Source of the DNA: a virus
Lineage: Duplodnaviria; Caudoviricetes
Direction: 5' to 3' (one strand)
Virus record (IMG/VR): IMGVR_UViG_3300031716_000150
Coordinates: 1 to 40,870 of that record
DNA length: 40,870 nucleotides
Shown here: one piece after another, positions 7,329-15,495 of the stretch
How positions within the stretch are numbered: the stretch's first letter is position 1
Layout: each line of letters opens with the position of its first letter
The notes under the pieces: generated by a model
Told to the model about the DNA's origin: nothing
The model's database searches: none
Seen by the model: only the letters and a program-made list of their open reading frames with translations
Program-made: the position numbers and the translations under genes

Positions 7329-8942
7329 TTATAGCACACTGCCGTTGTTATCCACAGGGCCGCCGTAATTGCTGCCGTCATCAAACGTCTCAATCTCCTC
7401 CTGCGGCCCATACACCACCTTCGTTTGCTTCCAGGCCTCTCGAGCCAGTCTCTCATCTTCGTCGGTGCCGACGGCTACCATGGGATTCTGTTTTACCTTG
7501 GGCTCCCGCTTCTCAGCCTCGATGTACGCCGGCAGGGCATAGGTAGCCGCGTCAGCTACGTCTGGGTGGCAGTCGGCCGTCCATTCGTATTTTCCAATAG
7601 CCCGCTTCTCTGGGTCAAACCTGGTCTTCTGTAGGTCTTCTTCCAGAGCTGAGCCAATCATGATGTGGGCCCGGCCAGTGCCAAGTAGGTCCTTGAGCCG
7701 GTCTACTCGAGCCTTCTTGCTGCCCTTGCCTTTCTTGGCTGGCTCAATCACCAGCTTATACTCGGACAAAAACGCAGGGTCTTTAATAGTGCTGGCGCCG
7801 CCTGGGTCCCAGACGATGCTTACGACGTTGTATTTTCTGACCCAGGCTTCTACCACCGCGAGATACTGCGACTCGAGGGCATTTGCGGCTCGCTCTGTGA
7901 CCCACTCCCCGACGTGCCATATTCCAGCCGGAGCCGCAGAAGACCACCCCCATAGCACAACTGCCATGCGGTCACTGCTTGCAGCAGGGTCGATGCCAAT
8001 ACTAAAAGTGTCAAGACCAGGAGCCACTTTCGCGACTTTGATAGTTCCCGGCTGGAACATGTCTGGATTAAAGCTGTCGTCTGGCTGGTAGACGTAGCCA
8101 TTTTTTGCTCTGTCGTATTTGTAGGCGGTGGCATTGGTGTCGAATACTCTTTTGCCAAACCAGTTTCGCTGTACGATGGGGTCAGTTTCGAGAAGTCCAT
8201 ACTTGTGAACATAGGCTGCAAGCCGCTCTTTAAAGAATGTTTCGTGGTTGTTTTCAGAGCGTCCCCACCCAAGGCAATACCACGCAGAGTTTTCTTTTGT
8301 TTCCTGTTTATCTTCGTCATAGTTATTCACCCATGTGTTCCAGAAGAATCCACTAGCAACAGCCGGGACAGTCCCAGCGAGTACAAGCCTACCGGGAATT
8401 GGCAACTCTTTGGTTGTTTCGTCCAGCATCGGTCCTAGAATATCGGTAACCAGAGTCTCTGCTAGCCCAGGATCTGACTGCAATTCGTCCAGCACCGCCA
8501 TGCCACACGCCATTGACTCACCAAGTAGAGACTGAACGTGCCTCAGGTCATCGGTGCCGCCAAACGTTACAGTTGTTCCGTTGGGAAACGTAGTAGTTAG
8601 TTCGCTTTCGTTATGTGACTTCGAATCACATAATTTCCAACGGCGACATAGCGGGCGCCACACCTTGCGCCAAATCTTCTTAGCTTGTCCGCTGGTAAGC
8701 GCGAGATATAAACAGGATGCTGCGCCAGGGGCTTTAATCGCAGTCATTGCCAGGAGTGCACAACACAGGTAACTCTTACCAGCCCGTCGGCTGCACATGA
8801 GTATCATGTTTTGGGCATTCGACTTAAGCGCCTCTAACTGCTTACTGTGCCCGTCAGAAACAGCCTCAGGTGTGAACGCTGAGTAAGCAGCTGCTCGACG
8901 GCGCTGAAGCTCTTGCTCGGCTACACGCTTATCTAGAGGCAC
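7329..8942 (-). CDS. terL: Terminase large subunit
   Basis: H.KQ adenine-binding motif, CSRRAGKS Walker A, AVLDE Walker B, LAGT motif III, GIDPA RNase-H nuclease motif and HPDVADAATYA. Confidence 0.93.
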   Translation of the reverse strand: MPLDKRVAEQELQRRRAAAYSAFTPEAVSDGHSKQLEALKSNAQNMILMCSRRAGKSYLCCALLAMTAIKAPGAASCLYLALTSGQAKKIWRKVWRPLCRRWKLCDSKSHNESELTTTFPNGTTVTFGGTDDLRHVQSLLGESMACGMAVLDELQSDPGLAETLVTDILGPMLDETTKELPIPGRLVLAGTVPAVASGFFWNTWVNNYDEDKQETKENSAWYCLGWGRSENNHETFFKERLAAYVHKYGLLETDPIVQRNWFGKRVFDTNATAYKYDRAKNGYVYQPDDSFNPDMFQPGTIKVAKVAPGLDTFSIGIDPAASSDRMAVVLWGWSSAAPAGIWHVGEWVTERAANALESQYLAVVEAWVRKYNVVSIVWDPGGASTIKDPAFLSEYKLVIEPAKKGKGSKKARVDRLKDLLGTGRAHIMIGSALEEDLQKTRFDPEKRAIGKYEWTADCHPDVADAATYALPAYIEAEKREPKVKQNPMVAVGTDEDERLAREAWKQTKVVYGPQEEIETFDDGSNYGGPVDNNGSVL

Positions 8943-9321
8943 TATAGTTCCTGTCCGCTACTCTATGACATGGCCGACAATGACGCGCCTTCTTATACAG
9001 GTAAGTATTGGCGCTAGAGTACGGATGCCCCTTGGGGCAATGAGTAATAGCAGCGTTCCGTCTCCTGCTATTTTCTGAGACGGTAACAACTTCCATATGA
9101 TACGGATTACAACATAGACTGTTGCGGCACAGGTGGTCGATTGTCATCCCAGGCGGAATTGCTTCTTGGGTTAGTTCATATGCTAGTCTATGCGCGCTGA
9201 CAGTCTTGTTGTTGTATTTGATTAGTCCGTATCCAAGCCTAGTGCTTCCTAACCACTGCCAACACCAATCAGGCTTGCCAATGGCAACTTTTCCCCATAG
9301 TCGCTCTTGTACAGGCTTCAT
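8929..9321 (-). CDS. HNH endonuclease inserted between putative terS and terL
   Basis: CWQWLG...GYG...AHRLAYE...IDHLCRNSLCCNPYHMEVVT..EN and HCPKGH...CRPC. Confidence 0.92.
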   Translation of the reverse strand: MKPVQERLWGKVAIGKPDWCWQWLGSTRLGYGLIKYNNKTVSAHRLAYELTQEAIPPGMTIDHLCRNSLCCNPYHMEVVTVSENSRRRNAAITHCPKGHPYSSANTYLYKKARHCRPCHRVADRNYSASR

Positions 9322-9602
9322 TTGGCACGCTTCGCTAGTTCCTCGTCGCTTAATTTAGACAGGTCAGATTCGTCCTCTGGCTGCTCCAGCTCTGACAGTA
9401 GCTTGTTTAGCTTCTGCAGCAGCTCCACATCAGTGATGCTGAGAAACTCCCGCTTGGCTACTTCGGCCATCTGGACAATAGCCCGCTCTACCATTGTCCT
9501 GACCTTAGCTCGTAAGTCAGCTGTGCTGCGGCCAGTGGCTGTGACTGACTCGGCTACTACGCCAGCACGGGCCAGGTGCTTTACTTTGCCGTGGTCAGGC
9601 AA
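9318..9602 (-). CDS. Putative terminase small subunit
   Basis: Small helical protein ending DLSKLSDEEL, a motif common at TerS C-termini. Lies upstream of terL, separated only by the HNH gene. Confidence 0.5.
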   Translation of the reverse strand: MPDHGKVKHLARAGVVAESVTATGRSTADLRAKVRTMVERAIVQMAEVAKREFLSITDVELLQKLNKLLSELEQPEDESDLSKLSDEELAKRAK

Positions 9603-9810
9603 TCTGGTTGTCCAATCCCTTGCGCATCTCTAGCCGCCGCCACAACGTGTCCGCAGCCCAAATCTTACGCAAAGCCCACGTGAATCGCATGAGCCGGCGC
9701 AGGCGGAACAGCTTCCGCAGCTTCCGCAGGCGCTTTCCTGGCCGGCGCTCGGGGCTGTGTGGCCGTGGCAGGTGGCGGAGGCTAAAGTTTACTTTGTTCA
9801 TGGATGGCAC
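9595..9810 (-). CDS. Hypothetical Arg/Lys-rich protein
   Basis: Fills the gap in a minus-strand gene run; start uncertain. Confidence 0.45.
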   Translation of the reverse strand: MPSMNKVNFSLRHLPRPHSPERRPGKRLRKLRKLFRLRRLMRFTWALRKIWAADTLWRRLEMRKGLDNQIA

Positions 9811-9979
9811 TCAAAATAGCTTCAAGGTCAAAGATACGCTGCTTCAGTCTGTCCACGTCCTCCTCGCTGAGCCTGTCAGCGAAGTCAGTAACAGGGTAAG
9901 CGACAGGCTCTTCGGCCGTATCCACACAAATTAGGTCTTTGTGATAGTTCTTATGGAAGTTGCACCAGTAGACAGCCAT
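9782..9979 (-). CDS. Hypothetical protein with Cys/His cluster and coiled coil
   Basis: MAVYWCNFHKNYHKDLIC...; ATG lies just downstream of the previous stop with an AAAGGG RBS. Confidence 0.6.
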   Translation of the reverse strand: MAVYWCNFHKNYHKDLICVDTAEEPVAYPVTDFADRLSEEDVDRLKQRIFDLEAILSAIHEQSKL

Positions 9980-9980
9980 G

Positions 9981-10133
9981 CTACCCTTTCTGCTTTGCCT
10001 TAAAGATTGCAAAGATGCGCTTATGTCCAGCGTCTACATAACCAAGGTATCCGTTTGACTTTAGGTATGCAGTAAACGACGTAGGATATTTCAGATAATG
10101 CGCAAAGATATCCAACGGACAATCAAACTTCAT
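9981..10133 (-). CDS. Hypothetical protein, 50 aa (MKFDCPLD...)
   Basis: GAGGA RBS before the ATG at 10133, which is more plausible than the 10235 start in the ORF track. Confidence 0.55.
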   Translation of the reverse strand: MKFDCPLDIFAHYLKYPTSFTAYLKSNGYLGYVDAGHKRIFAIFKAKQKG

Positions 10134-10304
10134 TTCATCCTCAAGAGAATTGCGCAAACCAGGTCTAGGATAGCCCCCTGGGTGTCTCCAATCCATGCCC
10201 TGTAAACCGCTAGTAAGGTAAGCAGAAAGCTGCAAACGCTACTAAACTTATAGACCCTGTCTATCCTGTTCTTAACTAGAGCCTTAATCCGTCGGTCTTT
10301 CATG

Positions 10305-10829
10305 TTACCCCCTTGGCGGCTTGAGATTCAACTTAGCAATTTCAGCAGCGGACAAGCTGCGGCAAGGCAGCGGCTCCGGCTTAGGCTCCGGCTTGGCCCG
10401 GCTAAGGCCAGTGCATTCCTTGAGGTCATGCATCCGCAGCCATGCCTTGATGCGGTTTTCGGCTTCGCTGCGGCTAAGGCTACAGGCCCTGGCGGCTGCA
10501 GCCATACTGCCGGCGTCAGCGAAGGTGGCAATCAGCTTGTAGTCCTTATCGCTGCGGCGCATGAGCGATTGCTTGCGGCCGACTTCACGCCAGTAGCCGG
10601 CTTTGTCGGTGTCAGCCAGCGGCACAATCTCAGCTTCGTCGCTGATTTCGCCAGTCTCAGGGTCGTAGAGGAAGCTGCCGTGCTGCCGTGGCATTGTAGA
10701 CACTGGCAGTTGGTTCATGTCCATGAAACGTTCCACGTCTTCGAATCCCTCCCGCTGCAGCTTCTTGTACCACTTCCGCTGTAGCTTCTTGAATGCTGGT
10801 GAATTAAGGGCTAGGGGCTTCTTAGGCAT
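10305..10829 (-). CDS. Putative transcription regulator with C-terminal HTH
   Basis: N-terminal FKKLQRKWYKKL..EGFEDVE; HTH-like GSMAAAARACSLSRSEAENRIKAWL. Confidence 0.55.
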   Translation of the reverse strand: MPKKPLALNSPAFKKLQRKWYKKLQREGFEDVERFMDMNQLPVSTMPRQHGSFLYDPETGEISDEAEIVPLADTDKAGYWREVGRKQSLMRRSDKDYKLIATFADAGSMAAAARACSLSRSEAENRIKAWLRMHDLKECTGLSRAKPEPKPEPLPCRSLSAAEIAKLNLKPPRG

Positions 10830-10996
10830 TACTCGTCATCATCTTCCTGTGCCGTGTCAAAGCAGAAGTATGCGGCAATGGCTGTGCAAACGAAGTAGCA
10901 GCCGCTGGCGATGTAGAAGCCTTCTAGGCCGGCGGCGATGCTGGCTAAGGCGGACGTGGCTGTCATGAAAAACCAGCCGACGGAATGCAGGCTCAC
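10829..10996 (-). CDS. Small membrane protein, 55 aa, acidic tail (not in the ORF track)
   Basis: GTGA overlap upstream and TAATG overlap downstream. MSLHSVGWFFMTATSALASIAAGLEGFYIASGCYFVCTAIAAYFCFDTAQEDDDE. Confidence 0.65.
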   Translation of the reverse strand: MSLHSVGWFFMTATSALASIAAGLEGFYIASGCYFVCTAIAAYFCFDTAQEDDDE

Positions 10997-11721
10997 TTCG
11001 CAACCGCAGTGCGCAGTGCAATCAACCCTATCGCGTCCATCGCGGTGTCTCCGGTCAACCCTGACACCTTAGACCTGTCTAACTTTTCCCGGATGCGATT
11101 GTCGATACGTTCAATCGCTTTCCCATCGCCGTCAAGGCTGTTTCCGTAAGAGCGGCCCTTTTCCATAAGCAGAGCTGCACACTCGAGTAGCGTCTTAATT
11201 GCGGCTCGAGTCAGGTCAGACACAGGGTAATTTGTTAAGGCAAATGGACCAAAGGCTTTGATTGCAGCTGCATCGTATGCGTATGCCGCCAATTCTGGCG
11301 TAGCAAAGTACCCAAGGTTAATCTGTTTGCCGTCAAATCTAATTCTTGCTTTGTATGGCTTTTCACCAGTAGCATTTCCGATGCTGACGCCGCGGAGGCC
11401 GAGTCTGCCGTTACGCGTGCTGTTAGCTGCCTGTTGAGCAGCATTAGCTGGACGCAGGTTAGCCACGCGATTGTCAAGCCTGTTTCTATTCGCGTGGTCT
11501 ACCTGCAGAGATTCGTCAAAGCCAAGCGACTGTCCAATAAGCTTGTGCATGTAGGTCTTCTTGCCGTAGACCCTAGACGCAGCATAGCCATGGTCAAAAT
11601 ACCATGAGTATTGGCACACCAAGTCAGCATAACTAGCATCGACGATGGCAAATTTCCCCTGCGTCAGCGGCACCAGCGAAACCAACGGGTCATGAGTGGC
11701 TACTGCACTCCGCTTAGGCAT
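10993..11721 (-). CDS. HNH-AP2 endonuclease with extra C-terminal DUF1599-like domain
   Basis: LTQGKFAIVD, YMH, VDHANRNRLDNRVANLR (HNH); RGVS...YKARI...NLGYF.TPE.AA.AYD.AA...FG.FA.TN (AP2); then about 75 extra residues. Confidence 0.88.
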   Translation of the reverse strand: MPKRSAVATHDPLVSLVPLTQGKFAIVDASYADLVCQYSWYFDHGYAASRVYGKKTYMHKLIGQSLGFDESLQVDHANRNRLDNRVANLRPANAAQQAANSTRNGRLGLRGVSIGNATGEKPYKARIRFDGKQINLGYFATPELAAYAYDAAAIKAFGPFALTNYPVSDLTRAAIKTLLECAALLMEKGRSYGNSLDGDGKAIERIDNRIREKLDRSKVSGLTGDTAMDAIGLIALRTAVAK

Positions 11722-11725
11722 ACCA

Positions 11726-11768
11726 AGACCTTATCACATGGATTTCTTATCCACAGGGGTATGGATAA
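11726..11768 (-). promoter_or_regulatory. Putative early promoter (extended -10, probably leaderless) overlapped by inverted DnaA-box pair
   Basis: Minus strand TG-A-TAAGGT-N6-ATG(11721). TTATCCACA at 11747-11755 and TATGGATAA at 11760-11768. The motif recurs at 24394-24422. Confidence 0.55.
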
Positions 11769-12045
11769 TTTACCGTTCTGTTAAAGTACGATTAGTGGGC
11801 CCAGTGGTCCATCTCTACGGCAATGCAAGTTCAGACTGACAGTGGCAAAAGCTCAAGGCCAGGGGGCTCAGTAGCCATTTACGTCGTCCGCCGTGTGCCA
11901 GGAGTAGGTGTTGCGCAAGCTGCTACTAATACTGTAGCAGGCAGCCAGCTACTACTTCACAACGTATAAGTAAAGGGTCCGGGTTGCTGCTCACGCTCGG
12001 ATAAAGGACCTGGCCATACCCGGCGCCTGACGCGATGCATAGCAG

Positions 12046-12061
12046 CAATTAGCCGATATGT
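12046..12061 (+). promoter_or_regulatory. Putative late-promoter motif (AATTAGCCGAT-N4-start)
   Basis: GCCGAT lies exactly 4 nt before the start codon, as at 19096 and 24450. No Shine-Dalgarno. Confidence 0.5.
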
Positions 12062-12328
12062 GTGGCAGACGGAGAACGGCCGGTAAGAACCATTACGGCA
12101 CTGGCCAAGCTCTTTGGTGACAGGCTTGCCGTCATCAGGGTTGGCAACGTTGAGGTGCATCTTGCGCCTCCGACTGCCATACCGACCGCTCCTGCCTACG
12201 CGCCAGCTGCCGCGCCTACCGCTACGTTAGCCAGTCTTGACCTGCCGCTAAACGACGCCGATTTGGCGCTGTCTCCTCCTGCCGGAATGTTGTTTCCTGA
12301 GCCGGCAAAGGAAGATGGGAATAACTAG
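12062..12328 (+). CDS. Hypothetical Pro/Ala-rich protein preceding portal
   Basis: First ORF of the plus arm; its stop lies 2 nt before the portal start. Confidence 0.75.
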   Translation: MADGERPVRTITALAKLFGDRLAVIRVGNVEVHLAPPTAIPTAPAYAPAAAPTATLASLDLPLNDADLALSPPAGMLFPEPAKEDGNN

Positions 12329-12330
12329 CC

Positions 12331-14310
12331 GTGGCGATTGCTGTAGCTAGTTCAGAAGTCAGTCAGGGAGCTATTGGCAGACCTAATACTGACTGGTTTG
12401 GCGAAGATGTTGAGGAATCCGACCGCGGCAGACGACTGCGGAATTGGATGGATGGAATTGAAAATACCAGTTGGAGTAAGCGTTGGGCTTCGCTGGTTTT
12501 TTATAGGTATATGACCGGGAGAACAACCGGTCCTATCGGCTACAACTACAGCAGCACAGCCCGCCCTGGTGCCGCCAATATCTACAGCCGCGCCATCTTC
12601 GAGGCACCACGCTACAACGTCCTGGCCCAGTGCAATGACGCGCTGGCCAATCGAGTCTACAAGAGCCGGCCCTTCCTGCAGGTCTGCCCCATCGACGGCG
12701 ACTTTACTACCCGCTTCGATGCACGGTCGCTTACCCAGTACATGGACGCAGTGTTTTACTCTCTGCATTTGTGGGAAATGGTGGAGCTGTGCGGCTTCGA
12801 CTCCCGTATCTGGGGCGACGGCTTCCTAAAGATTGACAACGGCGTCAACAACCACCTTACGGCTACGCGGATTCTGTCCGACGAAATCGTTGTTGACGAA
12901 AACGAATGTAACACCGGCAAGCTTAGCCGTCTCGGCATCCGCGTCTTTGTCAGCCGCAAGGAGATGCTGCAGCAGCCGTATATCAAGAATGACCCTAAGG
13001 CCGTGGACGCTGTAAAGCGTGCGCCTAAGTCAAACAACGGCTTCTATTTCGGCGGCGACATTGATTACACGGATGTTATTGTCCTGCGCGAGGGTTGGAG
13101 CTTCTGCCAGAAAGACACCGACGGCAACGAAATCCCTGGCTACCACATTATCGCCGTCGGCGACTACACACTGAAGTGTGAGGAATGGCTGCGCGACCAC
13201 GCGCCTATTGCCAGGCTGCCGTTTAAGCTCATGCCGACTGGCTACTTCAGCCAGGGCATGCCGGAAATGGCGCTTGGGCTCCAGCGTGAGCTTGACAGGA
13301 CCATGGCGGCTAACTGGGAAAACCGCCGCCGCGCTGCTTGGCCACGGATTGGCATTGCCCAGGGCAGCAACGTTGACCCTGGCAAACTCGGCGACAAGTC
13401 TAACGGCATTTACTACTACACCGGTACCAAGCCAGAGTTTGACTTTCCGATGGCTACTCCTCCTGAGCAGTTCCAGTATGAGGAGTCAATCATTCGCCGC
13501 ATCAAAGAAGTCTTCCGGCTCAATGACCAGCAGATGCAGGGTGCCAGGCCTAAGGCAATCAGCGGCAAGGCCGTTAACCTAATTGATGAGCTGGACGATG
13601 CAGCCCATGCCGACTTGTTCCAGCACATGGAGGACTTCGTTGAGCAGATTGGCAACCTGATTATCGAAGCCTCCGAAGATTCCAAGCCCAAGGTTACGCT
13701 GCCTGGCCGCCAGGCGCAGCTCATTGACTGGGCTAGCCTCAACTGGGATGAGAAGAAATTCTATCTACGGCCATTCCCTGTCGGCCGGCTGTCTCAGTCA
13801 ATTGCTGTGCGACAGGAGCAGATTAGGACCTGGTACGCCGAAGGCGCAATCAGCAAGCAGACCAAGATGCGGCTCGAGCAGGTGCCAGACACTGACGGCT
13901 ATCAGTCACTGGCTAATGCAGCTCAAGACTTCATTGAGATGCAGCTTGACGAGATGATTCAGACTGGCAAGTATCAGCCGCCTGAGCCCTGGGTTGACGT
14001 TGACGCAGCCATGGAAACAGCGCAGGCCAGGTACTGTTACGAGCGAACGCTTAAGACGCCGCAGGACCGCACTGACATGGTCCTGCGCTACATCAGCGCC
14101 CTGGACGAATTGAAGTCAGCTGCCGGCGCCGCGATGCAAGGGGCGATGGCTCCGGCTCCTGCGCCTGGCAGCCCAGAAGCTATGGCGATGCCGCCCGGTG
14201 GCGCAGCTCCTGGCGCTCCTCCGATTGCGCCGGCAGGAATTCCCGGTCTACCAAACCTACAACCTGGCCAGGCTCCTGCGCCGCCAGCGTTTCCAGCACC
14301 ACAAGGATAG
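12331..14310 (+). CDS. Portal protein
   Basis: 659 aa, upstream of scaffold and capsid. GDGFLKI, LQRELD, SGKAV motifs and a Pro/Ala-rich disordered tail typical of podoviral portals. Confidence 0.85.
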   Translation: MAIAVASSEVSQGAIGRPNTDWFGEDVEESDRGRRLRNWMDGIENTSWSKRWASLVFYRYMTGRTTGPIGYNYSSTARPGAANIYSRAIFEAPRYNVLAQCNDALANRVYKSRPFLQVCPIDGDFTTRFDARSLTQYMDAVFYSLHLWEMVELCGFDSRIWGDGFLKIDNGVNNHLTATRILSDEIVVDENECNTGKLSRLGIRVFVSRKEMLQQPYIKNDPKAVDAVKRAPKSNNGFYFGGDIDYTDVIVLREGWSFCQKDTDGNEIPGYHIIAVGDYTLKCEEWLRDHAPIARLPFKLMPTGYFSQGMPEMALGLQRELDRTMAANWENRRRAAWPRIGIAQGSNVDPGKLGDKSNGIYYYTGTKPEFDFPMATPPEQFQYEESIIRRIKEVFRLNDQQMQGARPKAISGKAVNLIDELDDAAHADLFQHMEDFVEQIGNLIIEASEDSKPKVTLPGRQAQLIDWASLNWDEKKFYLRPFPVGRLSQSIAVRQEQIRTWYAEGAISKQTKMRLEQVPDTDGYQSLANAAQDFIEMQLDEMIQTGKYQPPEPWVDVDAAMETAQARYCYERTLKTPQDRTDMVLRYISALDELKSAAGAAMQGAMAPAPAPGSPEAMAMPPGGAAPGAPPIAPAGIPGLPNLQPGQAPAPPAFPAPQG

Positions 14311-14313
14311 GCA

Positions 14314-14475
14314 GTGAAAAAGAAAGAACGAATCAAGCAGCTTGAGCAGGAAAACAAGGAACTTCGCGAAGCCTTGACAAAGGCTCTGGCTGCTATTCCG
14401 AACGTTAATCTGCCTGTACCCGGTTACCGTCCAATTGAGCTGCCGTTTTGGGATAACGGTATTCGCTACTGCTAA
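14314..14475 (+). CDS. Small coiled-coil protein, 53 aa (not in the ORF track)
   Basis: AAGGA-N6-GTG; MKKKERIKQLEQENKELREALTKALAAIPNV...RYC. Exactly fills the portal-scaffold gap. Confidence 0.65.
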   Translation: MKKKERIKQLEQENKELREALTKALAAIPNVNLPVPGYRPIELPFWDNGIRYC

Positions 14476-14484
14476 GGATGAACA

Positions 14485-15471
14485 ATGAACAGCATCGACC
14501 CCAACGAGACCGCTACGCCTGCGCCGGCTGCCGCCGTTACCACGTCAACGGCTGCGCCTGCTACTAATTCAGAGCCTGTTACGACTGCCGTCACTACCGA
14601 CGCCGTCAAGGCGGCTCGTTATGAGGCTGCAGCCACGGCGGCAGAAACAGCGGCTAAGGCTGAGGCTGACAAAGCCGCTGCTGCAGTCGTTGCCGAGCAG
14701 GCAGCGGCTGCGGCTAAGGCCAAGGAAGCTGACACCGTTGGCCAGCTGACGGCCAAGCTGGCAGAGACTGAGGCGCAGGCCAAGACGCTGGCTGACAAAG
14801 CCAAGTTTGCTGAGAAGCTTGAGTCAGTCCAGGCGCTGGTTAAGGCTGGCAAACATTACGACGCAATCCAAGCGCTGTCAGACATTGGCCTTAGCTTTGA
14901 CGCCGCTGTTCAGCAGATTATCAACCCTGGCCAGGAGCCTACACCGGTAGCGGCAAAGCCGGAGGATAAGCCTGTTGACCCGGAAGTGGCCAAGCTCAAA
15001 GAGCAGCTTGACGCCGTAAACAAGCGGCTTGAGGCGGCAGACAAATTAGCGGCTGAAGCGGCCAAGGAGCAGGGCCGGCGGTCTGTTGTGGACCACGTTA
15101 AAGCCAAGGCTACTGAGTTTCCATACCTCGCAAGCAATGAGGAATGGATTACCAAAGCATTGGCCGACGCCGAACCAGACTACGCCGCTGCCATCAAGGC
15201 TAACAAGGACCAGGACATTTCAATGGAAGCTAAGAATGACTTGATTATCAAGGCGTTAGCTAAGGCAGAGGCGCAGCATAAGGCTACTGCAGAGGCTTAC
15301 ATGGCGGTGGCCAAGGCAGTGCCGGCGACCAAAAAGCCGAATGATGTACCGAAGGTGACTCAACCGACGCTGACATTTACTGGTTCTAGAGCTGGCGTAA
15401 CGCCGGCAGCTAAGACTGGCAAGGTTGCGACGTTGGAGGAGCTTAAGCTGGCCCGCCGTCAGGCGAATTAA
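14485..15471 (+). CDS. Capsid scaffolding protein
   Basis: Ala/Glu/Lys-rich coiled coil directly upstream of the major capsid gene, with a short basic C-terminal helix. Confidence 0.75.
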   Translation: MNSIDPNETATPAPAAAVTTSTAAPATNSEPVTTAVTTDAVKAARYEAAATAAETAAKAEADKAAAAVVAEQAAAAAKAKEADTVGQLTAKLAETEAQAKTLADKAKFAEKLESVQALVKAGKHYDAIQALSDIGLSFDAAVQQIINPGQEPTPVAAKPEDKPVDPEVAKLKEQLDAVNKRLEAADKLAAEAAKEQGRRSVVDHVKAKATEFPYLASNEEWITKALADAEPDYAAAIKANKDQDISMEAKNDLIIKALAKAEAQHKATAEAYMAVAKAVPATKKPNDVPKVTQPTLTFTGSRAGVTPAAKTGKVATLEELKLARRQAN

Positions 15472-15495
15472 CCGAAAGTAACTACAGGATAAACT

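Noticed and set aside
8929-9321. Group I intron or intein carrying the HNH in the terminase
   Set aside because: The HNH overlaps both neighbours directly, leaving no room for intron core elements, and terL has no intein motifs; treated as free-standing.
11957-12160. 67-aa minus-strand ORF in the divergence region
   Set aside because: Overlaps the better-supported plus-strand gene at 12062 and has no RBS or recognisable features.
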